A stretch of 53,614 bases of DNA, filler included, from Sphacelaria rigidula (Eukaryota): the NCBI GenBank assembly GCA_964200075.2. It is 3 parts of 3 records of this genome, joined end to end, with 100 filler letters (N's around TTAATTAATTAA, not from the genome) between each part and the next. Parts side by side here need not be neighbours in the genome. Positions count along the whole stretch, not along the records: positions 35,813 to 53,614 come from CAXNAA020000990.1; 2 more parts are not named here. The stretch is one strand, 5' to 3'. This document shows positions 36,590-48,972 of the stretch, piece after piece (position 1 is the first letter of the stretch; each line of letters opens with the position of its first letter). The position numbers and the translations under genes are program-made. The notes below the pieces were generated by a model. The model searched no databases. It worked only from the letters and a program-made list of their open reading frames with translations, and was not told the DNA's origin.

Positions 36590-37917
36590 CTTTTGAAAAC
36601 CGGATCGGTAGAAATTCGGGACAGTATTTCGAAGGCCACTCACCGGCCCACGTTTGGTTTTCGTGTATTGAAATTTTGTGTGGGTGCTCTCTAAGGCATA
36701 ATTAACAACACTCAGTGGGTCAGGTTTTTTTCAAATACTTTTCTCACTGGTTTAGGGCGTTCTAGTATGGTGAAGACCATTTCTTCACGAGAACGCCGTA
36801 ACATCTATGAAAAAATAAAAAAATGAAGGCCATTTTTTTTTTTATTCGGCACACTTTTGTGGTCCTCCATGCTAACTTTCAAATCAACTTTCTAAAAATT
36901 GAGCTAAAACATTGAGATCAGGCCTAAGAGCAATGTCCATTTCTCCTCAAAACTCGACTAAACACACGAAAAAAAATGAAAAAATGAGAAACGTATCAAG
37001 CCGTTTTATTTTTTTATTGTGCACTAGCGGTTAACCACACGAAATTTTATGGAACAACTCTCAAAAACTGAGACGCGATATCCAGATTCAGGGCATCTAG
37101 TGCCTCTGCTCGTAGTATATTGGTTTTAGTATCGAAACTTATGTGCGCGATATCTCGGGCTAGATAACGAATTAGGTAAAGTTGAGGGTATCTATCGTCT
37201 CCCCTTGCGTTAGAGAATGTCCACACCAAAATTCGTCATCCGCTGTATGCATCGATCGGGGGTTTTATATAGATTTTAGGATGGACGCCATCTCCGTTAG
37301 GTATAGGAATTACTACGATCGTAGACGTGGGGTTTAATCAACGAGAAAATATGGGCCCAAACGTTTAAGCAGATGGGCACCTTCCCCTTGGTTAGGCAAT
37401 TAATACGATATGCGGATCACGGCCCAACCGCCTGCGTCGATGAGATATTGCTTTTAGAGTTCAAATCCGTTTCAAGGCTGGCCCAGGTCGTACACAGAAA
37501 TGCCCCTGTGGCAAAGTAATAGAGCACAGAATTCATATAGTGGCAGAATGTGAACTATACAAGGGGGGACGGGACGTGCTGGAGGGGTAAATGCGGAACG
37601 TGAACGAAGGTAGCATGAAATCGTTTGATGCATTGGACAGTAGCGAGAAAACGATGGCTATACTAGGAGATAGGAGGTGGCCACAGACGGTGAAAAAGGA
37701 CAGGGATAAGATATGTAAAAGATTTTTGCGTAATGTATGGAAGAAACGTAATGGGCACCTAAATGTTGGAGGCGTCTTCATTAGGAGTAGGAACGGTGCT
37801 TCGTCTCGAAAGGGATGCGTCGTCAATGGTCAAACGACTAAGGCAGGCAATAAATGAGTACGCCCCCTCCCCACTCCACCCCCTCTCCTCCTCTCGCTTC
37901 CCCTCTCTAGTCCTCAC

Positions 37918-40900
37918 CTGAAGGATTCCTGAGCCTAACCCGGACCCCGTGCCGCCAGCCAAAGAGTGATTCATCACCACGCTGTTCAGCCAGCTGCTTC
38001 GCTCAGCCTCCCGTCTCAGTCCCTCCATGCACCGGGTGAACAACCCCCCTCCATCCCCGTCCCCATCTCCCCCTCCCGCCGCCGGAGCCGTAGCCTCCAC
38101 GTCTCGGCAGGCAGCGAAACCCTTGGCCCAGTTGTTGGCCATCCCGCTCTGTGAGTAGAGGGCGTTCTCCGGCCGCACCGATCTCACTTGCTCCTCAAAG
38201 CCCTGTACCACCTGTTGTTGATAGTGCTGTTCATGTCGATTTCCTGTTTGTGTCATTTTTGTGCTCGTATGTTTCTCGTTTTCTGTTACTGTCCATTGTC
38301 CATTCATCTCGAAAATGTTCGAAGCACTGACTCACCTCTGGACAGCTCCTGTAGCTTCACTTTGTAATACCCAAAACGACGGCAAACGTATCCATGGGAA
38401 CTCAAACGACATCACTGGGAAACGTCAAGGGTAGTATCATGTGACGGGTCACACATATACTGTGTACGGCCGAGGGACTTCGTATCAGGTTTCTTAGGCC
38501 TGTACCCCGAAAGTTCCAGACTCATCCAAAAGCATCCAAGCGGGCGGGGGGGGGGGTGTACTCATGATCATGTATGCCATAGTCACAAGACCATTGGCGG
38601 GCGGGGAGGGGGGGAGGGTGGAGGAGGCACTGGTACTGGGTACTTTACCGTGTCTTCATCCGCCATATCGCAGATGTGCTGAGACCGTTCCCATTGACAA
38701 AACATCAGCTGCGATGCAGTGTTAAGCCGTTCAGCCTCCTTTGTATTACAGGTTTCCGTATGCATCCCTATTTTGATGAACGGTGACAAATGTTGCTGGC
38801 TTGGGGATCGGATTCTGGACATTTTGCCCTCACTCTACCGCAATAAATTACAGCACATGGCGAGCAAAACTGATTGTTCGAAATGATTGTAACGTAGTCC
38901 GTGGGTATAACTCAAGTGGACGTTCTGGAGCAGGATGGGGTGATGCGGGACGAGATAGAGTGGAGTTTGTCGCCCATTTGGTGTTGATCATCCCACAGTG
39001 CGGACATACCAGCTCTCGTAGTAACGTCACGAGGTGATCCCCGTACATTGCGTATTCTTGAGGGATTATCAGCAACCATGTTGCGAAACGTCTTGATAGA
39101 AGGATGACCATGCGGTGAATGAAACACCTTGATTGAAGTCGGGCTTCATGTAAGATTATGGCCCAATACTTATTTTCGACTTGACTAACAGTTCTGACAG
39201 CACCGAGGCATAAACGTTCCTGTATACTGCCGTGCCGACACCGTGCTGACATTAAAAACGCAAATCCCTCGCCCAACGCAGTCGACGGAGACATCGAAGG
39301 AATTTGCGCAGTCTTTGGATTATTAATGGGTGATGGCAGAAAACGATTAATTCGTCGACAGCGATGGCATGAATTAGTCGAAGTGAGAGAAGTACGACAA
39401 TCCAGCACATGGCGTGACGCCATAGTGTACTCGACGTGATTCTATCCGTAACCCACAATTTCGATCGTACCGGCTGTACCGCGCTGTATTCACTAACTTT
39501 CATACGCGCAAGAAGGAGCCTTCCCGACACCATACGAGAGTCAAGCAAGTACACAAAGCGCCTTGACCACTGACATATGCGAAAGACACTTCACAAACAT
39601 CCAGCGCGAGTATACCACGGGGCTTACGGGCCCTGCATTCCCCAGCATGAACCATATGTCGCGAAGCCGCCGTGCTTACTTGCTTGCTGCCTTGCTTTCA
39701 TCGAGGGATTCAGCCGCACCTTTCGTGTCTCCACACCTCCCACAGAGTTGACGATATCTTTACTCATAGCCGACCAATCGAGACTATTCCAGTTGCTCTG
39801 CACGGCTAAGACCCGCAGGCACCAGTGCCCCCAAGTCCCAATGTGGATACCCTCGCGTGAATTGATAAGCTAAGGTGGAGGCAAAACTACGACGAGTGAT
39901 ATGACACTATTGTTGCGAATTTATAAGCACAATGTTAAGCGTGGATGACAGCTGTGAGCAAGATGTACTCCTCTGTGTAGTAACAGTACACGTTCGGCAA
40001 TACAGCGTGGGCTATTGGCGATCATGTCTTGGGTTGCCAGAATGGGAAATGATCTTCGGTATGGAGCAAGTTCGCCATCTAATGTACGGGCTTTGGAAGA
40101 GATATCTATCGACAGCTCGCTGTGGGCTGTGTAACTCATCAAGTCGGGATTATTTGAGAGCGTGGCTTCAGGCATGATGTACAGCTTGTCATCAGAATCT
40201 TATAAATTCGAGGTTTGAACAAGGTTATACGATGCAACGTCCGGGCTTCAGGAGGGATATATGTCGACAGTTCGTGCGCCGTGGGTGGTGGAATTGAGTC
40301 GGGATTCTCTCAAGAACGTGGCCTGCTTCATTGAGATATTTCGTGCCATCGAATCTCGCCATCGTGGTGTGTTTTCAAGGTGTTAAAAACACACACTCTC
40401 TAGACAATACAGTATGTGTCCAATACATATACTTCCTCTGTCCTGTAAGTCTGCATCGTCATGTTTGTACGAGCCCTTAACGATGTCCCATTTGATTTTC
40501 GATTTTTTGGTTACATTCGTTGGCGTTTTTTGAGCTAGAAACAACACTCTTCCTACAACGTGGGTGCTTGACCCGTGCAGCATCGCGGCCAAGAAAAAGG
40601 TAGGTCGGTCAAAATATGGCCATTTTTCGCTCTTTTTCTCGTTCAAGCATAGGAAACCCGGGAATCGCGAAAAATTGTGAAAAAAAATGTGAAAACCGCA
40701 AAATCACCACTGATTTGGATATCTCCGTGACGTTAATCTGCGCACGCCCCATCAAACAAATTTTCAGCATGTAATCGCGAGTGCTCGACGTAAAAACGTC
40801 CAAAATCGTCAAAATCGGTCAACATCGGGGTATAAGTGGACCAAAAAGGGCCAAAATGGGGTATGTTCTGGAACGATTTTAGTATTGAAAACCAGTTTTT

Positions 40901-41432
40901 TTTTCTTTTTCTTTTTTAGTCAGCTTCGTCTGCGCGTTATTTCTCTAACGAGCCAAACTGTAGGATGATCTTAAGCGTTGAAATACCCAAACGATTAAAC
41001 GTCCGTAACGATACAGACTTATGGGACAGAGGAAGCATATATATATATATATATATATTAGTGTATCATATTAGAATATTGTGATATATTGCCGGCGTCA
41101 TCTATATATGTATGTATATAATGGAATCCTTGAACTGCACACGTATTGCGCGCCTCAAGATATTGGTGTCGTGGGACTACAAACATATTGCCCGCCCAAT
41201 ATATATATTGGCACCGTGAGATTGCGCACATATTATCCCATCAATATTTAAATCGGGGCAGTGTGGGCGAAGACATATTGCCCGACCAATACATATTAGG
41301 GTCGCATGGGTGAGATCATATTGACGAGTCAATACATTTTGGGGCCTCGTGGGTGCCAAAATCTTAGCCGGATAATATATATTTGGGCCGTATGGGTGCG
41401 AATATATTGCCCGGTCACGGTATCAGTACAAG

Positions 41433-41468
<36 letters not shown>

Positions 41469-44400
41469 TCAGGGTAGGGTGTGTTACAATATATCACCCA
41501 CTCAGTACACTCGTGTGGGCGCATTGATGTCGAGTGTATGTTCCACCGAACCCTATTATTCAAGTAATATACTCTGCCGCATCCTGAAAGTCATGCCGTG
41601 TAACGAATCTCTCGTTCAGTGTACTTCAAGAAGTAAATATTTGAATATTCTGTTGGCGTGCAGGATGTTTATACGAGAGCCAATTCGAATCATCCCGAGA
41701 AAAAAATGTAGGCGAGATTATCCCGGCGTCCCTTCGGGATATTTCGGAGTTGTGTTATTAGTGAAAGGGATCCGGTTCATTAGTTACCTGATCCTTTGGC
41801 CGTGAGGGTACGTTTGCTAATAAACCGACATCACTTTTACCTGAATATATGCCGTGACTCAGAGCCAGCAAACAAACCACGAAAACGTTGGAAGTATTTC
41901 AAACTCGAAGTTCCGGTATTTTATACTGTAAATCACCATGAAATATACCTGGAGCCTCGAGTTTGAGATACCCCTGTGATGTACAAGTTAGTCAGCTCTC
42001 AGGATATGTGCTATTTTGTGGCTGTCAACTGCAAAAATAGTGAACAGCTCCCAGCTGCCCACGGAAAAACATACATCTGTGGCTCTCAGCTACCCACAGA
42101 AAAAAATGTATCTGTGGCTCTGCCCCCTACAGATCACTCACCAACCCCCCTCCCTCCACCGCATAACGAAGAACAAGGTAACCGTTTGCGTCAAAAACGG
42201 ACGGTCAAAAACAGTAGAAAATGAACGCATTTGTGAGTAAAGCTGGTCGGCTGACCGCTAGTGGCGAGTGTGGTGGTTCGACAAGGCCAGACGATGAGGG
42301 CAATTGCGAGATCTCGCAGGGGTCGAGGGACCATAACTGCCGCCTTGCCGCGTCAACCGGTTGGGGCAACCCGTGTACCGGAGGCCGTCGAGACGACAAT
42401 CGCCAACATTGCGGCCCTGCAGGGACATCGGCTCTGCAAGGTCCCAATGTGACATTATGAGTATGGTGTACGCTTTGAAAAAGATTCAGACGAGATGGAT
42501 GCCGGAGCCCGTGCAGATTGGGAAAAGCTCAAAAGGAAGCCGCAGAAGTTCACGTGCATGGTCGACAAATATGGTGAAAGAAGGGCGACCCGGTATATAT
42601 GCCTTCTGATGCCTATCTGGCCACCGGTGCGGTGCCGTCCATCCCCTTCACAGTATGTAATTTATCCTGGCTACACAGTACGACCGCAGAAACCTCGGGT
42701 CAACATGCACCTTTTGGTACCCCTCTGGCCACCCGTGCTGTGTTGCTTATACCCTGGACAATACAATATGTTCCAATATAATACCAATACTTTACCTTGG
42801 AGACAGCGCTAATGTTGTCCTTTCAGTATATATATACTGGGTTGAGATGTCCTCTGAGACATTGAAGTAACAATATTTCTCGTGTCATGATCGTGAAGTA
42901 CTGCATGACGATATATATTGAACACGCATTTGCTCCGGGAACGAAACATGTAATATATATATATATATATTGTTCATGCCGGCCATGTATGTATTGAAGT
43001 GTCAATAAATATATTATATATATATTGAGTCGAAGCGATGCGTAACATCTTGTTGCCATAATATATTTTGAACAAAAACCATGCAAAACCATCGTTATTC
43101 CTATACGCAGTATGTATTGCGCACGCTCATCGCATGGCTATTGTGCAGTCAATATATATTGGACACACTCGTGGAGGAATGTATTGAGCGTTTTGAGCAT
43201 CTCGTGATACATCTTTCAATCGCACCCGCAAACGTAAAACTGTCCACCATACTAATTCCTGTACACTTTCCGCTCTATGATCAAAATATATTGCTACACC
43301 AATATGTATTGCGACGGTCGATTCCCTCGTGTATTGTTTGCCCAATATATTGGACGTATTGACGCACGACATATTGGGGCGGCAACATATACATATATAT
43401 ATATATATATTGGCGCTTCGGGTGTCGAGTATATTGAATCGTCAATATATGTTGACCTCGTGTGGCAGCCAGTATATTACTCGACAAATATATATTGGCG
43501 CCTTACCGCACTAACCTATCACTCGGCCAAAATATATTGAGGTGGCGCGTGTTGTGATATATTGTTCGGCCGATATATATTGCATGTCGTGGGCCTTGGC
43601 ATTTTGATGACACAGCTTGTTTTGACCTTCTCTCGTGCCATCATATTGCTCGCCCAATAATATATATTGACCACCCGACGCGTCGACATATTGAGCGGGC
43701 AATATATATTATATCGTCATGTTGTGTTGTCCAGGGTTTGAAAAAAAGGCACTGAATCAGGCGTAACACTGTTTGGGATGCGGGCAGTAGCAGAAACGTG
43801 GTAACTGTACTGTTGTTCGCTGAAGCGGCGGCACGTCTTGCTGTACCAGGCTGGTTCTGGTGTGTTCCTTCTATCCTGGAATCTTGGATCCCTGGGGGGT
43901 CAGTTCAAGTGTGACAACCAAATCAATCGAATCAATTCTTCTGCAGCCCTCGAGTACGTCAGTTTCGAACCATGGGAATTCGACGAGTGTTGACGTGTGG
44001 AAACAGTAACAATATGTTCCTGTTCAATGATGCAGACAGCTTACATGAATTAATTGTCTGATGCGAGGGTTACATTTGAAACGGTCATTCTCTACGCCGT
44101 GAAATGCGCTGAAATTAGAGGGACATAAGTCCTTGGAAGAGAGGTGCCTGCACCAGCACGGGAAAGTTGCGCTACAGACTACCTCACAGGCTGAGGCGCC
44201 CAGATGGCGAATGATGCACGCCACCGCGGAAGAGGAAGGGCTAAATACACGAAATGTATTGCAGCTCAGGAATGCACAGCGGAATTGGCACTGTGTGTTT
44301 CAAGTCGACAGTACAACGAGTACCGTCTACTGCCTGTGCGGCGCGAACCACGCCTCGGCAGGGCTGAAATACCCGCGATTCATCCGTGAAAAGTGAAACT

Positions 44401-47400
44401 TGCACTCTGTCCGGCTCTGAACCAAAGTACAATGATAAAAAGAAACTCCACGAAAGGTCGATCACGCGACTGTCGGAGAAATCTCAACATGTTCACGTGG
44501 GAGCTTCCTCTACAAGAATTGCAGCTTGATTTTGACAGAAAAAGACAACAGCTTCCGTCGTCGTTACACTGTCGCAGTCTCCGGCTCGAAAAGTCTGGCA
44601 CTGCACTGTCTGTAAGGGGACGGTGCCTCCTTCCCGAACAGCTCCACACTGGTCCTTGGCAGAAGACACTGTTCTGTTCGACTCGGCTGTACGACCGCGT
44701 CTTGCGCGACACGGTGTACAAAACCCGAGGGCAGCTACCTCAAAGATACGACGAACCCTGAGTGGTGGTTGTTTTCTGTGTTACCGCAAGCGTCGACTGA
44801 CAAGCGGCCGACCTGAACGCCAACTCTGGCAAGATCTGCCGCTGCCTCCGCAGCTGATTTCATCTTTTTCCCCTACAATTTCCATCAGAAAGTTACACAC
44901 CATGAACAATAGACGGCATCTATTGCGATTGCAATATAATCTGTTGCAGTAGATGTCAATATTGTCGTTCGTAATGGCCATCGATCAGCAAGTTTCTCCT
45001 TCTATTTTCGTTGGCAATGATGTCCATCGATAGACCAGTTTCCCACACTTTTGTCTGGGCAGCCGTCTGTTGTGGCCCTACAGCGAAATCCATTGCGGCC
45101 GACCAAACGCATCGATCCATAGCTTTCCAAATCTATTGATGACGGCAATGGCTATCGATAGACCTCGTGCCGAATATATTGACGACGACGATGGCTATTG
45201 ACATATTGTATATCAAATCTATTGAAGACGGCAATAGCTTTTGATAAATTGCGTATGAATCTATGCATGGCGGCAATGAAGATCGATAGATACATACCCG
45301 AATCTACTGTGGTATGCAATGCCTACCGATATATATTCTCTGTCGTCTGTTGCCACACCTGCATCGCAACATACTACGTATAGGAGCATTTACTCCGTTA
45401 AGGTACGGTAGAGAAGCCGCAGGTGGACATGCAGTGTATATATATATTGATACTACTGTGAATATATGATATCACATTTCTACAGTTTTGGGACGCTTGT
45501 ACTTTGTAGGAATACGCAGTATGTGTGGACAAAAGTTTACAAATTTTGTTGTTGGTGTGGTGTTGGTACTTGTAGTCGTTCCCCTGATGAACATGAGCGC
45601 TTACAGTACTTTTGTGTGTGGGTGAGATGTGCTTATACCCTGGACAATAGACTATGTAATAGAACATTGACGCGATAGACTATGTAATAAAACATTGACG
45701 CTGCAAAAGCCCCGAAATTTTGACTGTCGATGTTCGTTGTCAGTCATAATCGACTGGCATCGATGTCTATCGATAGCTATTGTAGGCGACAATGGATTCG
45801 GGACAAGGGACATAATGTATTATTGTCGTGACATGCAGGGGCCAAGTTGTTTATCGATACATTTTATTTGTTGCAATAGGCTCTGAATTGTAGCCACCAA
45901 TGTCTATTGCCAATCACGATAGGATCTGCCACGCGGCCACCAATACCCTTTGTTGGTCACATTAGGATATCTGTTGCGCCCACCGATGTCTATTGAGGGT
46001 CACAACAGAATGTGAATCGCGGCCACCAATGTCTACCGCTGGTCACAATGTAATCTGAATCACGGCCACTAATATCTATTGCTGACCGCAAAAGTAGCTG
46101 AATGGCGTCTATCACTAGGACTATGTATGCACATATTTCGATGTATGTTTCCACCTTATTTCACAGAAGCTATGGCCAGCTGTAGCCTCAGGTCGTTCGT
46201 GTTCATGTGTGAGGGGTGTTGCCGTTATGTCATGAGACCACTGCAGTGAGCAAGTTATTTTTTAAATCCTATCGTTGGCATCACTTGCTATCGATAGGTG
46301 CTCCCGAGAACAATCGCCTGTTGACGGCCAATGCCCATACTGATGGATACAAAAAAAATCATTGTTGGCGGTAGAGGCTACCGATAGACGGCTCACCTAA
46401 TCTATTGATGACGGCAATGACTATCAATGGATGGCTCACCAAACCTATTGATTACGGCAATGGCTATCGATATATACATCCCAGAATCTATTGCGGCACA
46501 CGATGTCCATCGATGGCGAGTGTTCCTCATCTGTTGTAATTGCCCCAGGCTATCGATCGACTGTTGTAACATCTATTGTCCCTTAGAATACATTTCAACA
46601 GATGTGTTTCACCATCTATCGTGTTCGATAATATATGTCGATAGATTCCCCCCCCGTGTGTATTGCTGAAGCAATGGATTATTATTGTGTCCGTTGTCTA
46701 GAGTGTGGAAAGTTATAAATGTTCCTAAAGGAGCTCCATCATTGTGCATTTTCGACCTTTCAACCCACGCAGCGCACAAAGCACTTTGGGTCATCGATAG
46801 TGCTGGGTCAACAGCTACCTGCGGCTTCAAGTTGCGCATACGTGAACTTTCAGCATCATCAGACGCCAGGTGCGCTCTGTTCGAGCGCCTAACCTACAAA
46901 TTACAGCCTTCATATTATTGAAAAGGAGTAGCAGTGATGAACAAAGTGGGGGCGGCATGGTGCCAGCGTAACGAACGAGATACTCGATGAAAGGAAATGT
47001 ACGTGTGCGTAAGAGGACTATAATAACTACCAAAAAGCAACAGAACCGAGGCTTCCCACATGGTCTCCCATAGTAGTACAAGCCTGGCCCTAGCGCACAA
47101 AACTTCACAGAGCAGACGAAATATGGTGCTATCGACGTGGTATGGCCATTCCATAAACCTCCGGAGTAATCTCACGTACTACAACCAAGTATCTAATATC
47201 GGCTTTTGAGTACAACCTCCTATAATTGCATCGTCAAGAATACCCGGCTCCCGCGTTTCGTGTTTTCGCAGACGAGAAACACGAGCTGGCAGCTCATGCC
47301 CGCATACAAAAAAACATCAACTTCGAAAATCTAGACAGAGGAAAACACGTGCACTTACACACAGCGCAACAGATGGGACGGGGACGGAGAGTATGAGTGT

Positions 47401-47713
47401 TGAACGACAAGCGCAAACATGGGAGGATTGTGCTCCAACGAATATGGAAACATCGGCACGCACGGCTTGCCTTCGGCTCACTGTCTACAGCAAGGCATCT
47501 TGCGAAACCATCATCGTGGAACATGCCGCCCGCGCCCGGTCGCATCATCACCGTCGCCATATGCGCATTAGTACGGCCACCACTTGCCCGCCGAGCCGGG
47601 TGTAGCATGCTGCCGTCGCTGCCTCGCACGAGGTACTCTTCCTCAGCCAGGCCCCAAAATGCTTTTCCGATTTGGTTCCCGGCCTGGCCTAGGTGCAGGT
47701 GAATACATGACAT
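37918..47713 (-). CDS. Delta/zeta-type (centriolar) tubulin, first two exons; remaining exons not found before the contig end
   Basis: Exon 1 47713-47471 (MSCIHLHLGQAGNQIG...ARCLAVDSEPK) joins in phase 0 through a GC donor (AAG|GCAAG) to exon 2 38211-37918 (VV...SQSGMANNWAKGF...HSLAGGTGSGLGS). The tubulin signatures GQxGNQIG, NNWAKG and GGTGSG are all present. Confidence 0.9.
42752..43736. mobile_element. Non-autonomous TIR element (CCCTGGACAATA family) with CAATATATATTG-type internal repeats
   Basis: Termini CCCTGGACAATACAATATG and CATGTTGTGTTGTCCAGGG. Its right end matches window positions ~24-93. Confidence 0.8.
44880..45350 (+). repeat. Degenerate ~43-bp tandem array
   Basis: AATCTATTGATGACGGCAATGGCTATCGATAG-like units, the same family as 46270-46520. 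Confidence 0.7.
45638..46584. mobile_element. TIR element (CCCTGGACAATA-related) with ~43-bp internal tandem repeats
   Basis: Left end CCCTGGACAATAGAC, right end TCTATTGTCC. Internal arrays of GCGGCCACCAATGTCTATTG... and AATCTATTGATGACGGCAATGGCTATCGATAG... units. Confidence 0.65.
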
Positions 47714-47830
47714 GGCGTCTGTGCGATGGATTCAGAGGGCGACAGGCGGCGGGATTTGATGTATGAAGGGTCGGACGAATAACGATTCGTCTAAAAATTA
47801 TTTGTTTTTTGTGTAATTGATTCGTACTGT

Positions 47831-48341
47831 CCAGAGAAGGGGGGGGTGGGGGATGAGCCCCCCCGATGAGGGGTGTCGTTATGTCATTCAGTGCTTGTCT
47901 TGATACACTTGGTATACTTGCACGGGTGGCTGTCCCTCGAGAGGTCGAAGGACGGAACCTTGCGATTCTTAGTTCTTTGGTTGGTGGTATTTGGGGTCTT
48001 GAGTCCCGCACGTAGTCGGAGCTGTTCATTTCTACTTGGCCTCGCGCGTCTAGTTGGAAACTCGGGTGCCACGCCCTGAAGGCCGAATGGCCACCTGCGG
48101 CACCGGATCTTCTGATGTTAGCCATATGTATTCTCTCTTCTATATGATGTATCCCCGTTTTGCTTGTATCGTGTTTTGTGAGTTTCAATCTAGGTCTAAT
48201 TTGTTTTTTTTATTTTGCTTGATTCCCTCGTACCTTATGATAGGTAGGTAGCCTGTGACCACGGAAGGCGTCCGCATCAGATGCCCAGTACGAATGTACC
48301 GCGCAGATGTCGGAACGGTTTTTAATGTGAAGACAAGAACA
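47831..48341 (+). mobile_element. Retroposon-like repeat family B
   Basis: Homologue of 20978-21515; short CAA-type tail; ACTGT flanking direct repeat. Confidence 0.8.
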
Positions 48342-48520
48342 ACTGTACGAATCAATTATTTGGCTTTATTTTCAGCATTGCACCCCACGTACGCGCACCC
48401 TAGGCATGCACAATAGCGCACAAAAAGAGTAGAGACATTGCTGACCTGCGGTCAGCTGTTTTCTCTCTCTTTCGAGCACTCAGACCAAATAAATCGTAGA
48501 TGTGGTGCTTCCATGGCTGC

Positions 48521-48972
48521 TTCTTTTGCCAAACGAAAAAAAACTAAATACTGTCTTTTAGATCCTTCTGCGTTGTATTACGCCCTGAAAGACGGCTAGG
48601 CGGATTATGACACCGTGGAATGACTTGCTCCACTCGTTGAAACGGTCTCAGCGCACCTTTGTGTTTTCGGGTGGCCGCAGTTTCGTTTTTGGCCAAACTT
48701 GCATTTTTGTCCAGGGGCGGTCAAGTCGAGCAGAAACTGGCCGTATTTTTTTAGATTTGATCGTTCTTGACCGTTTTTTCTTGGGCGAAATTGCAAGTTT
48801 GGTCAAAAAAATAAACTGCGGTCACCGGAAATTGCAAAAGTGTCCTGAAACTGCCTCTGAGAGTGGAGCAAATCATTCCACGATGTCAAAGCCGCCTAGC
48901 CCTCTTCTACGGCTTGAAACGACGCAGGAAGACCAAGAAGGCTGTTCTACTTTTTTTTTTTTGCCGTAAGAA
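48521..48972. mobile_element. Fold-back MITE
   Basis: Inverted arms including GGCTAGG..TGACACCGTGGAATGACTTGCTCCACTC and GAGTGGAGCAAATCATTCCACGATGTCAAAGCCGCCTAGCC; weaker symmetry extends ~70 bp outward. Confidence 0.75.

Noticed and set aside
44880..46520. CRISPR-like look of ~43-bp periodic repeats
   Set aside because: The units are degenerate, the variable parts are only ~12 nt, there are no cas genes, and one array lies inside a TIR element in a eukaryotic intron.
46609..46839. Kinase-like phrase LLQQYTRGGNLSTYI on the minus strand
   Set aside because: No HRD/DFG or other kinase motifs were found nearby; may be chance.
47643..48188. ORF shared with 21228-21473 (RRSGAAGGHS...)
   Set aside because: Explained by DNA-level similarity of repeat family B; the frames diverge and no domain is recognisable.
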